Shown here: positions 1 to 9,868 of the stretch, in pieces | How the letters are laid out: every line of letters begins with the position of its first letter | Numbering within the stretch: position 1 is the first letter of the stretch | Source of the DNA: an uncultured Verrucomicrobiota bacterium | GTDB taxonomy: Bacteria > Verrucomicrobiota > Verrucomicrobiia > Limisphaerales > UBA1412 | Reading direction: 5' to 3' | DNA: 64,000 bases | Assembly (NCBI GenBank): GCA_944389455.1 | Contig: CALXMK010000005.1 | Coordinates: forward strand, 3,483-67,482 | Notes under the pieces: model-generated | Told to the model about the DNA's origin: nothing | Databases searched by the model: none | Seen by the model: only the letters and a program-made list of their open reading frames with translations | Made by a program: the position numbers and the translations under genes

Positions 1-681
1 CTTAAAAATACTTTTCGCAAACTAATTAATAAAATCCCTAAAGATTCTTCGATTCATATTCTGCTGGATGATTGGGATCGTTCTGTCGTTTTTCAGGGGC
101 AATCCATGCACTTGGGGAATAGTGATCACTTTGATCAATTAGCACAGGCTGTGATTTATAAAAAACAACTAATTATTACCTATAAACGCCCTAATCAAAA
201 AGAGATTAGCAAACGGCAAATCGATCCTATTCAAATGCTACATCTTCGGGGAGAATGGTATTTACTCGCATGGTGTTATGTCCGAAATGCTCTTCGCATT
301 TTCCACCCAATGAGAATTCAATCCATTAAAGAAACCGGGCAGAAATGTAATTCCCATTCTAAAGTATCGGTTGAAGAATATCTGAAAAACAGTCTTGGTA
401 TCTATGCAGGACAAAAGGAACAGGAAATCGAACTACTCATTGACTCAAACGCGGCTGATTATTTTCGAGAGCGCAAATGGCATCATTCTCAAGAAAACCA
501 TGAACTTCCTCATGGGAAGTTGCGTGTCACTTTCAAACTCAATTCTCTCTATGAAATTGAGCGCTGGATCTTAAGTTGGGGTGGATTGATTCAAGCCTTA
601 AAACCCAAAGAACTTATAGATAGAATAAATAAATCTGCCCAAAAACTTGTCACCTGTCATAAGGAAAAAACGAATTTCTAA
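1..681 (+). CDS. WYL-domain transcriptional regulator, C-terminal part (5' end lies upstream of the window)
   Basis: Frame 1 is open from base 1, with no stop before the ATG at 106, so the gene enters from upstream. The translated part has a WYL-type core (RQIDPIQMLHLRGEWYLLAWCY..ALRIFHPMRI) followed by a WCX-like C-terminal domain, as in YafY/PafBC-type HTH-WYL regulators. Confidence 0.7.
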   Translation, partial: LKNTFRKLINKIPKDSSIHILLDDWDRSVVFQGQSMHLGNSDHFDQLAQAVIYKKQLIITYKRPNQKEISKRQIDPIQMLHLRGEWYLLAWCYVRNALRIFHPMRIQSIKETGQKCNSHSKVSVEEYLKNSLGIYAGQKEQEIELLIDSNAADYFRERKWHHSQENHELPHGKLRVTFKLNSLYEIERWILSWGGLIQALKPKELIDRINKSAQKLVTCHKEKTNF

Positions 682-715
682 TAAAGAATTTTCTCTTCCT
701 TTAATATTAATATTG

Positions 716-1615
716 ATGAAAACCACTTCTATTTTCTTCTTAAGAAAATCAACATTTCCACTCTTTGTTTTATCCACCACATTGCTTGCTTTTCAATCCG
801 GATGTCAAAGCAATTCTAAGTCTCATCCCCCTCTCACCTCATGGAATAGCCCTCAGAATCTCAAAATCAACACCCCCTATTTAATTCGCACTTTAGAAAA
901 AAACGGGATGGATGCGGTACAAGAAGGAAATCCTGAACTAAGATACATCGCCTTGGCTCGTTTTCCTGAATATGTCGGGAAAAATTTCGCTCCACTAAAT
1001 ACCTATATTCGGGATTATGTAAATGAAAAGATAGAGGATTTCGCGGATGTCATGATCACCGCCGCCTACCATGGTAATATGCCTGAAAATGCCTACTCTG
1101 AAACAGAAATAAACTTCATTCCATTTCATTATACATCTGGTTTTGTCAGCTTATTGCTGGAAGGGTATGAACGAACTCCTGCCATTCCACAAGGCTTTAA
1201 CTATTATCTTACCCTTAACTATGATGCCTTAAACGATCAACTCTTTACTCTTCAAGATTGTCTGGTAGGCGAAGAACAATTCACTAAACTCGCCTCACTG
1301 GTCGCAGAGCGTGTAGCAAAACTCGAACCGGAGCTGACTCAAGCTGAAATCCAAACCGGGACTGATCCCTCTATTCCTGAAAATTATGATCTCTTTATCG
1401 TTCGCCCCGGAGAATTTATGATTTTTTTCCATCCTTATCAATTAGGACCTAAAATCCAAGATCGCAGACATATTTCTATCAGTTTTTCCGAACTAGAAGT
1501 GCAACCTTTCCTTCTGGACTTAATCAATTATCATCCTCTATTTGAACTCCAAAAATCACTTCCAGAGAATAGTGATCCTACTTTATCAAAAGAAGTATTT
1601 AAAATACCGAATTAG
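716..1615 (+). CDS. Secreted lipoprotein, DUF3298/DUF4163 (RsiV/PdaC-C-terminal-like) family candidate
   Basis: An internal ATG at 716 gives MKTTSIFFLRKSTFPLFVLSTTLLAFQSGC, a signal peptide plus lipobox (LAFQSG-C). The upstream 23 codons of the ORF overlap the WYL gene. The family call rests on recalled similarity of the C-terminal half and is only moderate. Confidence 0.55.
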   Translation: MKTTSIFFLRKSTFPLFVLSTTLLAFQSGCQSNSKSHPPLTSWNSPQNLKINTPYLIRTLEKNGMDAVQEGNPELRYIALARFPEYVGKNFAPLNTYIRDYVNEKIEDFADVMITAAYHGNMPENAYSETEINFIPFHYTSGFVSLLLEGYERTPAIPQGFNYYLTLNYDALNDQLFTLQDCLVGEEQFTKLASLVAERVAKLEPELTQAEIQTGTDPSIPENYDLFIVRPGEFMIFFHPYQLGPKIQDRRHISISFSELEVQPFLLDLINYHPLFELQKSLPENSDPTLSKEVFKIPN

Positions 1616-1663
1616 TCTTCATTCACTAGAAACATAAAGAATAATTTCTTCAAAATTATAGAC

Positions 1664-2413
1664 ATGAATACTGATGTTTCAGAAAATAACAATAACATAT
1701 CACATACATATCCACCTTTAACCCCAGGAACTCTCTACCTAGTCTCAACTCCTATTGGCAACATGGAAGATATCACACTTCGAGCCATTCGGACTCTGCG
1801 AGAGTGTACGCTAGTTGCAGCGGAAGACACTCGACATACAGGATTGCTTTTAAATCGATTAGGATTCAAAAAACAGCTCCTCAGTTACCATACTTTTAAT
1901 GAAGTTCAACGCCAAGAGGAATTTATTTCCAGACTGAGAAATGGAGAAATTATCGCCCTTGTCACCGACGCGGGAACTCCCGCCATTAGTGATCCAGGGC
2001 AGCGAATTACCGCGGCTATTCTCGCCGCCGGATTTAAAGTTGAATCCGTTCCTGGACCATGTGCACTGATTGCAGCACTTGCCGCTAGTGGATTACCTAC
2101 AGATGAATTCCATTTTATAGGATTTCTTCCACACAAATCGGGACAACGAAAAAATGCCCTTACACGAGCGCTTCCGATTCCTGGAGTATTGGTTCTTTAT
2201 GAATCTCCCTATCGAATCGATAAACTACTGAATGAATTACAAGAACTAGCTCCACTGCGAACTATAATCCTGGCTCGTGAAATCACCAAAAAATTTGAAG
2301 AATGGTTGCGTGGTACTCCACAAGAATTGCTTAAGAAAATCAAAAATAGATCCCTTAAAGGAGAATTTGTTATTTTAATTGCACCAGAGGATTTCAATAC
2401 AACGAACAAATAA
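1664..2413 (+). CDS. rsmI: 16S rRNA (cytidine1402-2'-O)-methyltransferase RsmI
   Basis: LYLVSTPIGNMEDITLRAIRTLREC.LVAAEDTRHTGLLL and the downstream tetrapyrrole-methylase-fold motifs are typical of RsmI. Confidence 0.9.
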   Translation: MNTDVSENNNNISHTYPPLTPGTLYLVSTPIGNMEDITLRAIRTLRECTLVAAEDTRHTGLLLNRLGFKKQLLSYHTFNEVQRQEEFISRLRNGEIIALVTDAGTPAISDPGQRITAAILAAGFKVESVPGPCALIAALAASGLPTDEFHFIGFLPHKSGQRKNALTRALPIPGVLVLYESPYRIDKLLNELQELAPLRTIILAREITKKFEEWLRGTPQELLKKIKNRSLKGEFVILIAPEDFNTTNK

Positions 2414-2427
2414 CATACCTTGATTAA

Positions 2428-4449
2428 TTAAACAATGCGTCTGAATTTTTTAGCAAGCTCCCGCTCATTGATCTCTATAATTGTAGGTCTGCCATGAGGG
2501 CAAGTATAAGGCATGGAGCATTGTTTTAAATCACTCATTAAATGATCCAACTCTTCTTGATTAAGCTGGTCATGTGCTTTCACCGCCAAACGGCAGGCAT
2601 GCGTCGCAATCATTTCCACTGCCAAATCAGCCTGAGAAAGCTCTCTGGTTGAATTGCGCAAAGCTTCTAATAAATCTAATGCAAATTGTCGAGCGGAAAC
2701 ATTTTTTACAAAAGGGGGCAATGCATCTACCAAAAATGTATGTTCACCAAATTCATGTATCCCTATCCCTAGCCGATTTAAATCAGAGATATATTCCTTG
2801 ATTAAAATAGCATCCCGCACACCTACTTCAATTGTTTCTGACAACAATAAGCGCTGAGACTCCGCTGTTCCCTGTTGAGTCTGGCGCATTAAGCGCTCAA
2901 AAAGCACTCGTTCATGCGCCGCATGCTGATCAACCAACACAAGCCCCCGATCCGATTCAAAGAGCATATAAAGCCTGTTAAGAACTCCCAAATAACGCAA
3001 TGGCACTTGCAGAAGTGGCACGGCAGGTGCCACCAAATCGCTTCTCTCTACACTTGTTAGTTCTTCTCTTCTGTGCTTTGATGATGAATCCAGATTTAAA
3101 AATCCTTCTTGGAAATTACTCTCACTCTGAAACAACATCTTCTCATTTTGAGTTTTTAATTGAAGTTTTGCTTCATGAATGGAAGAAACCTCCTCTCGAC
3201 GAGGTATAAATTGTCTTTCTCCTTTTTTTACAACAGTTTGTTTAAGCTGCTTTCTGGGATAAACAGGATAATTACTCTCTTTCGGTAATGGATTATCCAT
3301 CATCGGATTAGAAGATTTCATCTCCTTATTTTCAGAGATTACAGGGCACTCTCCCTCCGGTAAATCTGATATGGATATTTGAGAATACCTCTCTAAGGCC
3401 TCTCTCAAGATCTTCGCTACAATCCGCCTAACCGACGCCTCCTTATGAAATCTGACCTCTCGCTTCGCCGGATGAATATTCACATCCACTTCAGCAGGCT
3501 CAATCTCCATAAAAAGGCAGCAAATTGGATATCTTCCCTTCATTAAGGCATTTTGATAGGCATCCATCAAAGCAAAGTTTAAAGTTTTATTTTCCACAGG
3601 CCGCTTATTCACAAAAAATTGCACCCTATCTTTGCTTGTCCTAGACACTCCTGGAACTCCTATGAATCCCCAAAGTTTAAGCGAAATCATCCGACTAGGA
3701 ATCCCAGCTATTAGATCTTCATTTGGAGTGGAATCATACTGGATTGAATTATCAACCTCCAATAAGTCATCTCCAGTTCCATAAACTAACCGTATTCTAT
3801 CCCTCAGCAGTTTTAAATCATTCGCTTTATTCTCCCGTCCTGCCGGAAATTGAAAAACTAATTTTCCATCCTGAATAAAACTCAGGCTTATCTGCGGATA
3901 AACCATTGCTACCAGCGTGATATAATGTTGAATATGTGCACGCTCCGTTTCAATACTCCTCATAAATTTTCTTCGAGCCGGCACATTAAAAAAGAGATTT
4001 CGGACCTCTATGCTAGTTCCAGGAGGAACACCTGCTGGCTTAACTGAAATAATCTTTCCTCCATTAATAACAATCTCAGTACCATTCCCCTCTTCATCAG
4101 AATGTTCACGAGTCATAAGAATCATGCGAGAAACGCTTGCAATACTCGGAAGAGCCTCTCCTCTAAATCCCATAGTATGAATCTGATTCAGATCTTCCAA
4201 TTCGGAAATTTTACTGGTCGCATGACTTTCTAGTGACATTAAAGCATCTTCTCTGCTCATTCCAATCCCATTATCACTAACTCGAATCAAAGTTCTTCCT
4301 CCGCTGGAAATTTCTATTGTGATTCGGTCAGCCTGCGCATCCAACGCATTTTCTACCAATTCCTTGACAACGCTCATCGGTCGTTCCACTACTTCTCCTG
4401 CCGCTATTTGATTAGCCACCTGATCCGAAAGCAATTTGACTCTACTCAT
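2428..4449 (-). CDS. mutL: DNA mismatch repair protein MutL
   Basis: The N-terminal GHKL ATPase motifs (QIAAGEVVERP.SVVKELVENALDA, DNGIGM) and the C-terminal dimerisation domain match MutL. Length is 673 aa. Confidence 0.95.
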   Translation of the reverse strand: MSRVKLLSDQVANQIAAGEVVERPMSVVKELVENALDAQADRITIEISSGGRTLIRVSDNGIGMSREDALMSLESHATSKISELEDLNQIHTMGFRGEALPSIASVSRMILMTREHSDEEGNGTEIVINGGKIISVKPAGVPPGTSIEVRNLFFNVPARRKFMRSIETERAHIQHYITLVAMVYPQISLSFIQDGKLVFQFPAGRENKANDLKLLRDRIRLVYGTGDDLLEVDNSIQYDSTPNEDLIAGIPSRMISLKLWGFIGVPGVSRTSKDRVQFFVNKRPVENKTLNFALMDAYQNALMKGRYPICCLFMEIEPAEVDVNIHPAKREVRFHKEASVRRIVAKILREALERYSQISISDLPEGECPVISENKEMKSSNPMMDNPLPKESNYPVYPRKQLKQTVVKKGERQFIPRREEVSSIHEAKLQLKTQNEKMLFQSESNFQEGFLNLDSSSKHRREELTSVERSDLVAPAVPLLQVPLRYLGVLNRLYMLFESDRGLVLVDQHAAHERVLFERLMRQTQQGTAESQRLLLSETIEVGVRDAILIKEYISDLNRLGIGIHEFGEHTFLVDALPPFVKNVSARQFALDLLEALRNSTRELSQADLAVEMIATHACRLAVKAHDQLNQEELDHLMSDLKQCSMPYTCPHGRPTIIEINERELAKKFRRIV

Positions 4450-4609
4450 TCACTCCAACCCCCAATAAATTAATTCAAATCCAAAAATAAACAATAATAA
4501 TCATTCCTTGAATTATGCCATACTTATAGATATATTAATTTATATTTTAAAAATCCTAATTAATAATTTTGGCCTAATTCTGATCCTATCCAATAGAAAT
4601 CGACAATCT

Positions 4610-4957
4610 TTATCTAACAGGAACATAATCAATCTCAGAGTTTTTATCCGTCGCTTCCAACTTGAAAATAACTGGTCTTAATCCGTCATTGCAGCAACAA
4701 ATGGCTACTCCTGGTTTTCGAATCCAATCTCCATAATAAAATAGTTCCTTGTCAGCTCCATGGGATAACGCAAACACATATTGATAAATTGCTTTCCAAG
4801 CCTCATCGCAAAATCCATCCGGTTTAGCGTAATCAGCGTAGAAGATATCCCCTTCTTTCAACATTGGACAAGCAGTTAATCCCTTTACTGCATATTCTTC
4901 AGCTAATTCCTTGTCTAAGGTAGTCTTTAATACAGTGATTTTAACTTTTTTCATCAA
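4610..4957 (-). CDS. Small Cys-rich conserved protein (TIGR04076-family-like), function unknown
   Basis: 115 aa. KITVLK...CP..KEGD.F...PDGFC..AW......CCCNDGLRPVIFKLE resembles the TIGR04076 family from memory. Confidence 0.55.
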   Translation of the reverse strand: MMKKVKITVLKTTLDKELAEEYAVKGLTACPMLKEGDIFYADYAKPDGFCDEAWKAIYQYVFALSHGADKELFYYGDWIRKPGVAICCCNDGLRPVIFKLEATDKNSEIDYVPVR

Positions 4958-5002
4958 AATTCTTTCTCCTTAAATATAAATTTTCAATAAACTCATATCT
5001 GT

Positions 5003-5073
5003 AAAAAGAAACAGGAGCAATCTCTCCCGAGACTCGGCTCTCTACGCCTACATCATCCGAGAGATATGCTCCT
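5003..5073 (-). terminator. Long imperfect hairpin plus T-rich tail downstream of purB (candidate intrinsic terminator)
   Basis: On the minus strand the sequence reads AGGAGCATATCTCTCGG...CCGAGTCTCGGGAGAGATTGCTCCT followed by GTTTCTTTTT. The outer arms at 5013-5027 and 5059-5073 pair with one bulge. Confidence 0.4.
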
Positions 5074-5119
5074 AATCATAAATTGGACAGAAAAATTTAA
5101 CTCTCTATCCAATACAATC

Positions 5120-6436
5120 TTACTCAATCCCGCACATTTTGAAACGCATATCCACATTACGGAAATGGAAATCAAGATGGCAGAGTTTCTCAAGCTCCTC
5201 CTTGCTCAGATATTGAGTTACCTCAGGATCTTTCAGCAGTTCAACCTTGAAATCAGCATCATCTCTTCCCTGATGTTTCACGTCCCAGGTCTTCATCGCA
5301 TTTCGCTGAACTAACTCATAAGCCTTCTCTCGGGTCAATCCTTTGCGCACCAACGCTAGCAAAATCGTCTGAGAATTCCACATCCCGAGTGAGAGCCCCA
5401 GATTACGCTTCATATTCTCCGGATAAACCAGTAATCCATCCGTCAGTCGAGTCAACAAAGAAAGCATATAATCCAATAAAATACAGCTGTCCGGGAAAAT
5501 AATTCGTTCAACAGAGCTATGACTGATATCCCGCTCATGCCACAAAGCCACATTATCCATAGAAGCCATCATATTAGAACGCAATACACGAGCCAAACCG
5601 GTCAGACGCTCACTGGTAATAGGATTTCTTTTATGTGGCATAGCAGAACTCCCCTTCTGTCCCTTAGAGAAATACTCTTCAGCTTCCAAAACCTCTGTGC
5701 GCTGCAAATGGCGAAATTCTACCGCCCAACGTTCTATACTCGCTCCAACCAGAGCTAATGCTGTCTGAAATTCCGCATGAATATCTCGTTGAATCACCTG
5801 AGTCGCAATGGGAGTAACCTTTAACCCCAGATTCTCACAAACGTAGCGCTCCACCTCAGGATCCAAGTGAGCATTAGTTCCTACCGCTCCAGAGAGTTTA
5901 CCAACGGCAGCAACCTCACGAGCATTCTTCAATCTCCTTAATCCACGACGAAACTCGTCATGCATCAAGGCCATTTTCAACCCAAAAGTAATTGGTTCTG
6001 CATGAATTCCGTGACTGCGACCAATCATTGGAACATATTTATATTTTTTGGCTTTCTCTGCTATGACTTTTAAGAGTTCCTCTACATCTTTAATCAGAAT
6101 ATCGGCTGACTGTACCATTTGTACAGCAAAAGCCGTATCTCCTACATCAGAACTGGTTAAGCCAAAATGGATCCAACGACTGGCAGGTGCTCCTACATTC
6201 TCTGCCACATTTGTAGTAAAAGAAATCACATCATGGTTAAGGGTCTTCTCCAGCTCATGGCATCTATCAACCGAAAACGCCGCTTTTTCTTTAATTTGCT
6301 TAAAATCCCCTTCAGGGACAAGTCCTGCTTTACACAGAGCTTCTGAAGCAAGAAGTTCTATCCGCAGCCATATTTTCAGTTTATTCTCCTCTGTCCAAAT
6401 ATCGCGCATTGCTGCGCGTGAATAGCGCATAATCAT
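5120..6436 (-). CDS. purB: Adenylosuccinate lyase
   Basis: The fumarate-lyase signature SSAMPHKRNP and an N-terminus RYSR..M..IW are typical of PurB. Length is 438 aa. Confidence 0.95.
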   Translation of the reverse strand: MIMRYSRAAMRDIWTEENKLKIWLRIELLASEALCKAGLVPEGDFKQIKEKAAFSVDRCHELEKTLNHDVISFTTNVAENVGAPASRWIHFGLTSSDVGDTAFAVQMVQSADILIKDVEELLKVIAEKAKKYKYVPMIGRSHGIHAEPITFGLKMALMHDEFRRGLRRLKNAREVAAVGKLSGAVGTNAHLDPEVERYVCENLGLKVTPIATQVIQRDIHAEFQTALALVGASIERWAVEFRHLQRTEVLEAEEYFSKGQKGSSAMPHKRNPITSERLTGLARVLRSNMMASMDNVALWHERDISHSSVERIIFPDSCILLDYMLSLLTRLTDGLLVYPENMKRNLGLSLGMWNSQTILLALVRKGLTREKAYELVQRNAMKTWDVKHQGRDDADFKVELLKDPEVTQYLSKEELEKLCHLDFHFRNVDMRFKMCGIE

Positions 6437-6529
6437 ACGTACCTCAATTTATCTAAAACAACAATTCTTCTAAAGATTTTTATTCAAAGAGTAAAGGATC
6501 CACCCTAAAGTTTATTCTCAATCTCCGAT

Positions 6530-7009
6530 TCAGATATCCATTTTAAGTTTCTTCATCAGAGCTGCCATCTCGATAGCTGTATTCGCCAACTCCACTCCTC
6601 GGTTATACTTGGGATCCATACACCTTTTATCCCCCTGTTCCTTATTCTCAAAGAGATAAACTCCATTAACAATGGGAATTTGGCAATTAGTCTGCAAATC
6701 AGCCAAACTGTTACACACCGCTTCACTAATATGCTTGGCGTGTGTAGTCTCTCCTCTAAAAACAACCCCTAAGCAAATCACAGCATCATATAAATGCGAT
6801 TTCTTATACACCAGATGACCTGCAATAACAGGGATTTCATAGGCACCTGGCACACGAATAATATCAATTGATTTTGCCTCGCTCTTACGGAGTACCTCTA
6901 TCGCAGCATTGAGCATTGAATCAACATAGGATTGATTAAACTTAGAAGCTACAAGCCCGAAACAAAGCTCCTTTGCACTCAAATCTTTTACATTAATCTC
7001 TTCAAGCAT
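6530..7009 (-). CDS. ribH: 6,7-dimethyl-8-ribityllumazine synthase
   Basis: The pattern FGLVASKFN ... VPGAYEIP ... DAVICLGVVFRGETTH is typical of lumazine synthase. Length is 159 aa. Confidence 0.9.
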   Translation of the reverse strand: MLEEINVKDLSAKELCFGLVASKFNQSYVDSMLNAAIEVLRKSEAKSIDIIRVPGAYEIPVIAGHLVYKKSHLYDAVICLGVVFRGETTHAKHISEAVCNSLADLQTNCQIPIVNGVYLFENKEQGDKRCMDPKYNRGVELANTAIEMAALMKKLKMDI

Positions 7010-7045
7010 GATAAACTTTATTTATTATTCTCCCAAACGAAAATC

Positions 7046-8272
7046 TTAGAGTAAATGGCCCATCTTTTCCTTTTTTACCTGCAAATAATGAGCACTCTCT
7101 GCAGTAGGCTCAATTCTTAGTGGAACCTGTTCTTCAATCGTAATCCCATATCCCTGTAATCCCACAATTTTTTTAGGATTATTGGTCAGAAGGCGAATCT
7201 TCTTTATCCCCAAATCCACCAAAATCTGTGCTCCAATTCCATATTCACGCAAATCAGGAGGGAATCCAAGCTTGACATTGGCCTCTACTGTATCCAATCC
7301 TTCCTCCTGCAACTTATAAGCCTTAATCTTGGCCAACAACCCAATTCCTCGGCCCTCTTGCCGCATATAAAGAATTACGCCGCAGCCCTCCTCTTCAATC
7401 CGCTTCATAGCACGATGCAGCTGAGAACCGCAATCACAACGACGAGAACCGAACACATCACCGGTTAAACACTCGCTATGGACTCGAACTAAAACACTCT
7501 CTTTAGAATGGATATCTCCTTTCACTAACGCCAGATGCTCCGCTCCATCCAAAAGACTCTTATAAAGAGTCAGCGTAAAATCACCATAGTCAGTCGGCAA
7601 ATCTACCGTCTCCACCTTTTGAATCAACTTTTCTCTGTGACGACGATATTTAATCAAATCCTCCACAGTGCCAATTTTCAGATTATGCTTCTCAGCAAAC
7701 TCCAACAGCTGCGGCAACCTCGCCATCTTTCCATCATCCTGTATAATCTCGCAAATCACTCCTATAGGCCCTAAACCAGCTAAACGAGTCAAATCCACTG
7801 TTGCCTCTGTATGGCCTGCTCTCTGCAAGACACCACCTTTTTTAGCTCGCAAAGGAAGAATATGCCCCGGCTGTACCAAATCTGCAGGCTTTGCGTTTGG
7901 ATTGGCCATCGTGCGAATACTATGGGCACGATCGGCCGCACTGATACCAGTAGTAATTCCATGTGCTGCATCTACCGTTATTTGATAATCGGTTCGATAG
8001 TTATCTCTCGTATATTCCACCTGCGGTTTAATCCCAAGTGAAAGCAGTTTTTCTTCCGTACAAGGAACACAGATTAATCCTCGGCAGAAGCGCGCCATAA
8101 AATTGATCACTTCAGGAGTAACAAACTCTCCTGCGACAATAAGATCTCCCTCATTTTCCCGATCCTCATCATCTACCATAATAACGGGATTTCCTTGTCG
8201 TATGGATTCAATTACTTCCTCGATGTTATCTACCTTTGTTTTAACACCCATAGGTATCTCTCTATATAGCAT
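7046..8272 (-). CDS. ribBA: Bifunctional 3,4-dihydroxy-2-butanone-4-phosphate synthase / GTP cyclohydrolase II
   Basis: [24 protein letters not shown] and GHTEATVDL mark the DHBP synthase half. [20 protein letters not shown] and RQEGRGIGL mark the GCH-II half. The start could alternatively be the ATG at 8251. Confidence 0.95.
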   Translation of the reverse strand: MLYREIPMGVKTKVDNIEEVIESIRQGNPVIMVDDEDRENEGDLIVAGEFVTPEVINFMARFCRGLICVPCTEEKLLSLGIKPQVEYTRDNYRTDYQITVDAAHGITTGISAADRAHSIRTMANPNAKPADLVQPGHILPLRAKKGGVLQRAGHTEATVDLTRLAGLGPIGVICEIIQDDGKMARLPQLLEFAEKHNLKIGTVEDLIKYRRHREKLIQKVETVDLPTDYGDFTLTLYKSLLDGAEHLALVKGDIHSKESVLVRVHSECLTGDVFGSRRCDCGSQLHRAMKRIEEEGCGVILYMRQEGRGIGLLAKIKAYKLQEEGLDTVEANVKLGFPPDLREYGIGAQILVDLGIKKIRLLTNNPKKIVGLQGYGITIEEQVPLRIEPTAESAHYLQVKKEKMGHLL

Positions 8273-8331
8273 AACCCTACGAAAAACTCAATTAGAGACT
8301 CTGGAGTTTTCTCTGACCTTTATCCTCAATT

Positions 8332-8360
8332 TTGACAAAATTTTCCCCTGATATTATAAT
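8332..8360 (+). promoter_or_regulatory. Candidate sigma70-type promoter upstream of ruvA
   Basis: TTGACA (8332-8337), a 17-nt spacer and TATAAT (8355-8360) form a perfect consensus 62 nt upstream of the ruvA ATG. Promoter consensus in this lineage is assumed, not known. Confidence 0.4.
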
Positions 8361-8422
8361 ACCGCGTCTTTTTGCTATCAGAAAAGGACTCCTGAAAACA
8401 AAATACTTTCTTATAAACACAC

Positions 8423-9046
8423 ATGATCGCATTTTTGCGTGGAACTTTAGTCGAACTGCTTCCTACAATAGCCGTCATCGACGTGCAAGGAGTAGGTTAT
8501 GAAGTTCTCATCCCTCTTTCCTCTTCGGTTAAACTTAAGGAATTGGGCAAAGAAATTAAACTTTATACTCAGCTTATCGTCCGTGAAGACGCTATGACAC
8601 TCTATGGATTTGTAACTCTCAAAGAAAAAGAGCTCTTTTCGCTCCTCATTAATTCCGTCAGCGGTATTGGTCCTAAAATGGCACTCAATATTCTCAGCGG
8701 AATGAGTATTGACGCTTTTCAAACGGCAGTTGCTTCTGATGACTCCAAATCTCTCTCTATGATCAGCGGTATTGGGAAAAAGACAGCTGCTCGTATTATT
8801 GTAGAACTTAAAGATAAAATCTCAGTCTCTCTTTCAGAAGGAAGAATCGACTCTGGAAATCCAGACTCAGGAAATATCTCCTGTACTACAGGAACATCTA
8901 ATCAATCACTGAATGATGCCGTTGCTGCGCTGTTGACCTTAGGCTTTAAACAACCTGAAGCTCTGAACTCCGTGCGTGCTGCACAAACCATGCTAGGGCC
9001 TAACGCTAAAACGGAAGATCTAATTCGTGCCAGCTTAAAAAAATAA
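8423..9046 (+). CDS. ruvA: Holliday junction branch migration complex subunit RuvA
   Basis: MIAFLRG.L....P....IDV.GVGYEV is the usual RuvA N-terminus, followed by HhH motifs (ISGIGKKTAARI) and a C-terminal domain III. Confidence 0.9.
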   Translation: MIAFLRGTLVELLPTIAVIDVQGVGYEVLIPLSSSVKLKELGKEIKLYTQLIVREDAMTLYGFVTLKEKELFSLLINSVSGIGPKMALNILSGMSIDAFQTAVASDDSKSLSMISGIGKKTAARIIVELKDKISVSLSEGRIDSGNPDSGNISCTTGTSNQSLNDAVAALLTLGFKQPEALNSVRAAQTMLGPNAKTEDLIRASLKK

Positions 9047-9083
9047 TTATCAACAATAGTCCTTTCCTTTCGATAAATCTTAC

Positions 9084-9827
9084 ATGAAACAAAATCCTCC
9101 CGACTCTCCTCATCCGCCCGGCCCCTCCTATTCAGATGGGAAACGCTCTGGAATTGTTATTCCTAAGCATCTTAGCTTGTGGCAAAGGATTCTGGCATAC
9201 CTAATTTACCTGATTATTCGTCTCTATAGTGCCACTATTCGCTTTAAACTTCACCCTCAATACAACCATACTGAAGTTTTTAACCCAGACACTCCTCCCA
9301 AACCTGTTATCTTCTGTATTTGGCACAATCGACTCTTTTTATGTCTCTCCTGTTACAACAAATTTGCTAGAAAACCACAGCCAACTCGCCGGATGGTTGG
9401 CATCACCAGTGCCAGTCATGATGGAGGAATGGTTTCCAAAGTTCTAGAACACTTTCAAGTAGATTCTGTTCGTGGTTCCAGTCATCGACGGGGAGGACAA
9501 GCTCTGGTTGAAATGCATACCTTCGCACAAAAAGGCTATGATTTAGCCGTTACCCCTGATGGTCCCCGAGGTCCACGCTATCATATTCATCCTGGAGTTA
9601 TCACCTTGGCACAAATAACAGGGCTTCCAATTCTTCCAATTACCTACACTCTTTCACGCAAATATACACTTAAAAGTTGGGATAAATTTCAAATTCCAAT
9701 CCCTTTTTGCACTTGCACTGTCAGTGCCGGAGAGCCAATCTATATTCCTCGCTACCTCAAAGATGATGAGCGAGAACAATGGAGACAAAAAGTAAACCAG
9801 ATCATGCTGAACCAAACCCAAGACTAA
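9084..9827 (+). CDS. DUF374-domain lysophospholipid-acyltransferase-family protein
   Basis: The pattern CIWHNRLF...SASHDGG.VSKVLEHFQVDSVRGSS.RGG..AL.EM.......LAVTPDGPRGP matches DUF374. Confidence 0.75.
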   Translation: MKQNPPDSPHPPGPSYSDGKRSGIVIPKHLSLWQRILAYLIYLIIRLYSATIRFKLHPQYNHTEVFNPDTPPKPVIFCIWHNRLFLCLSCYNKFARKPQPTRRMVGITSASHDGGMVSKVLEHFQVDSVRGSSHRRGGQALVEMHTFAQKGYDLAVTPDGPRGPRYHIHPGVITLAQITGLPILPITYTLSRKYTLKSWDKFQIPIPFCTCTVSAGEPIYIPRYLKDDEREQWRQKVNQIMLNQTQD

Positions 9828-9868
9828 ATAAATCAAATATTCATACCCCTTTCAATTAAATTAATATT

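Noticed and set aside
647-715. Upstream extension of the DUF3298-like lipoprotein ORF overlapping the WYL gene
   Set aside because: The ATG at 716 gives a canonical signal peptide and lipobox. The extension overlaps the preceding gene's 3' end by 35 nt.
8273-8422. Possible FMN (RFN) riboswitch upstream of ribBA
   Set aside because: The leader is only about 150 nt. It lacks the conserved RFN core, with no GGGGCAGGGUGAAAUUCCC...CCGGCGGU or AGUCUGGAUG blocks. Only a chance AAACUCCAGAG resemblance is present.
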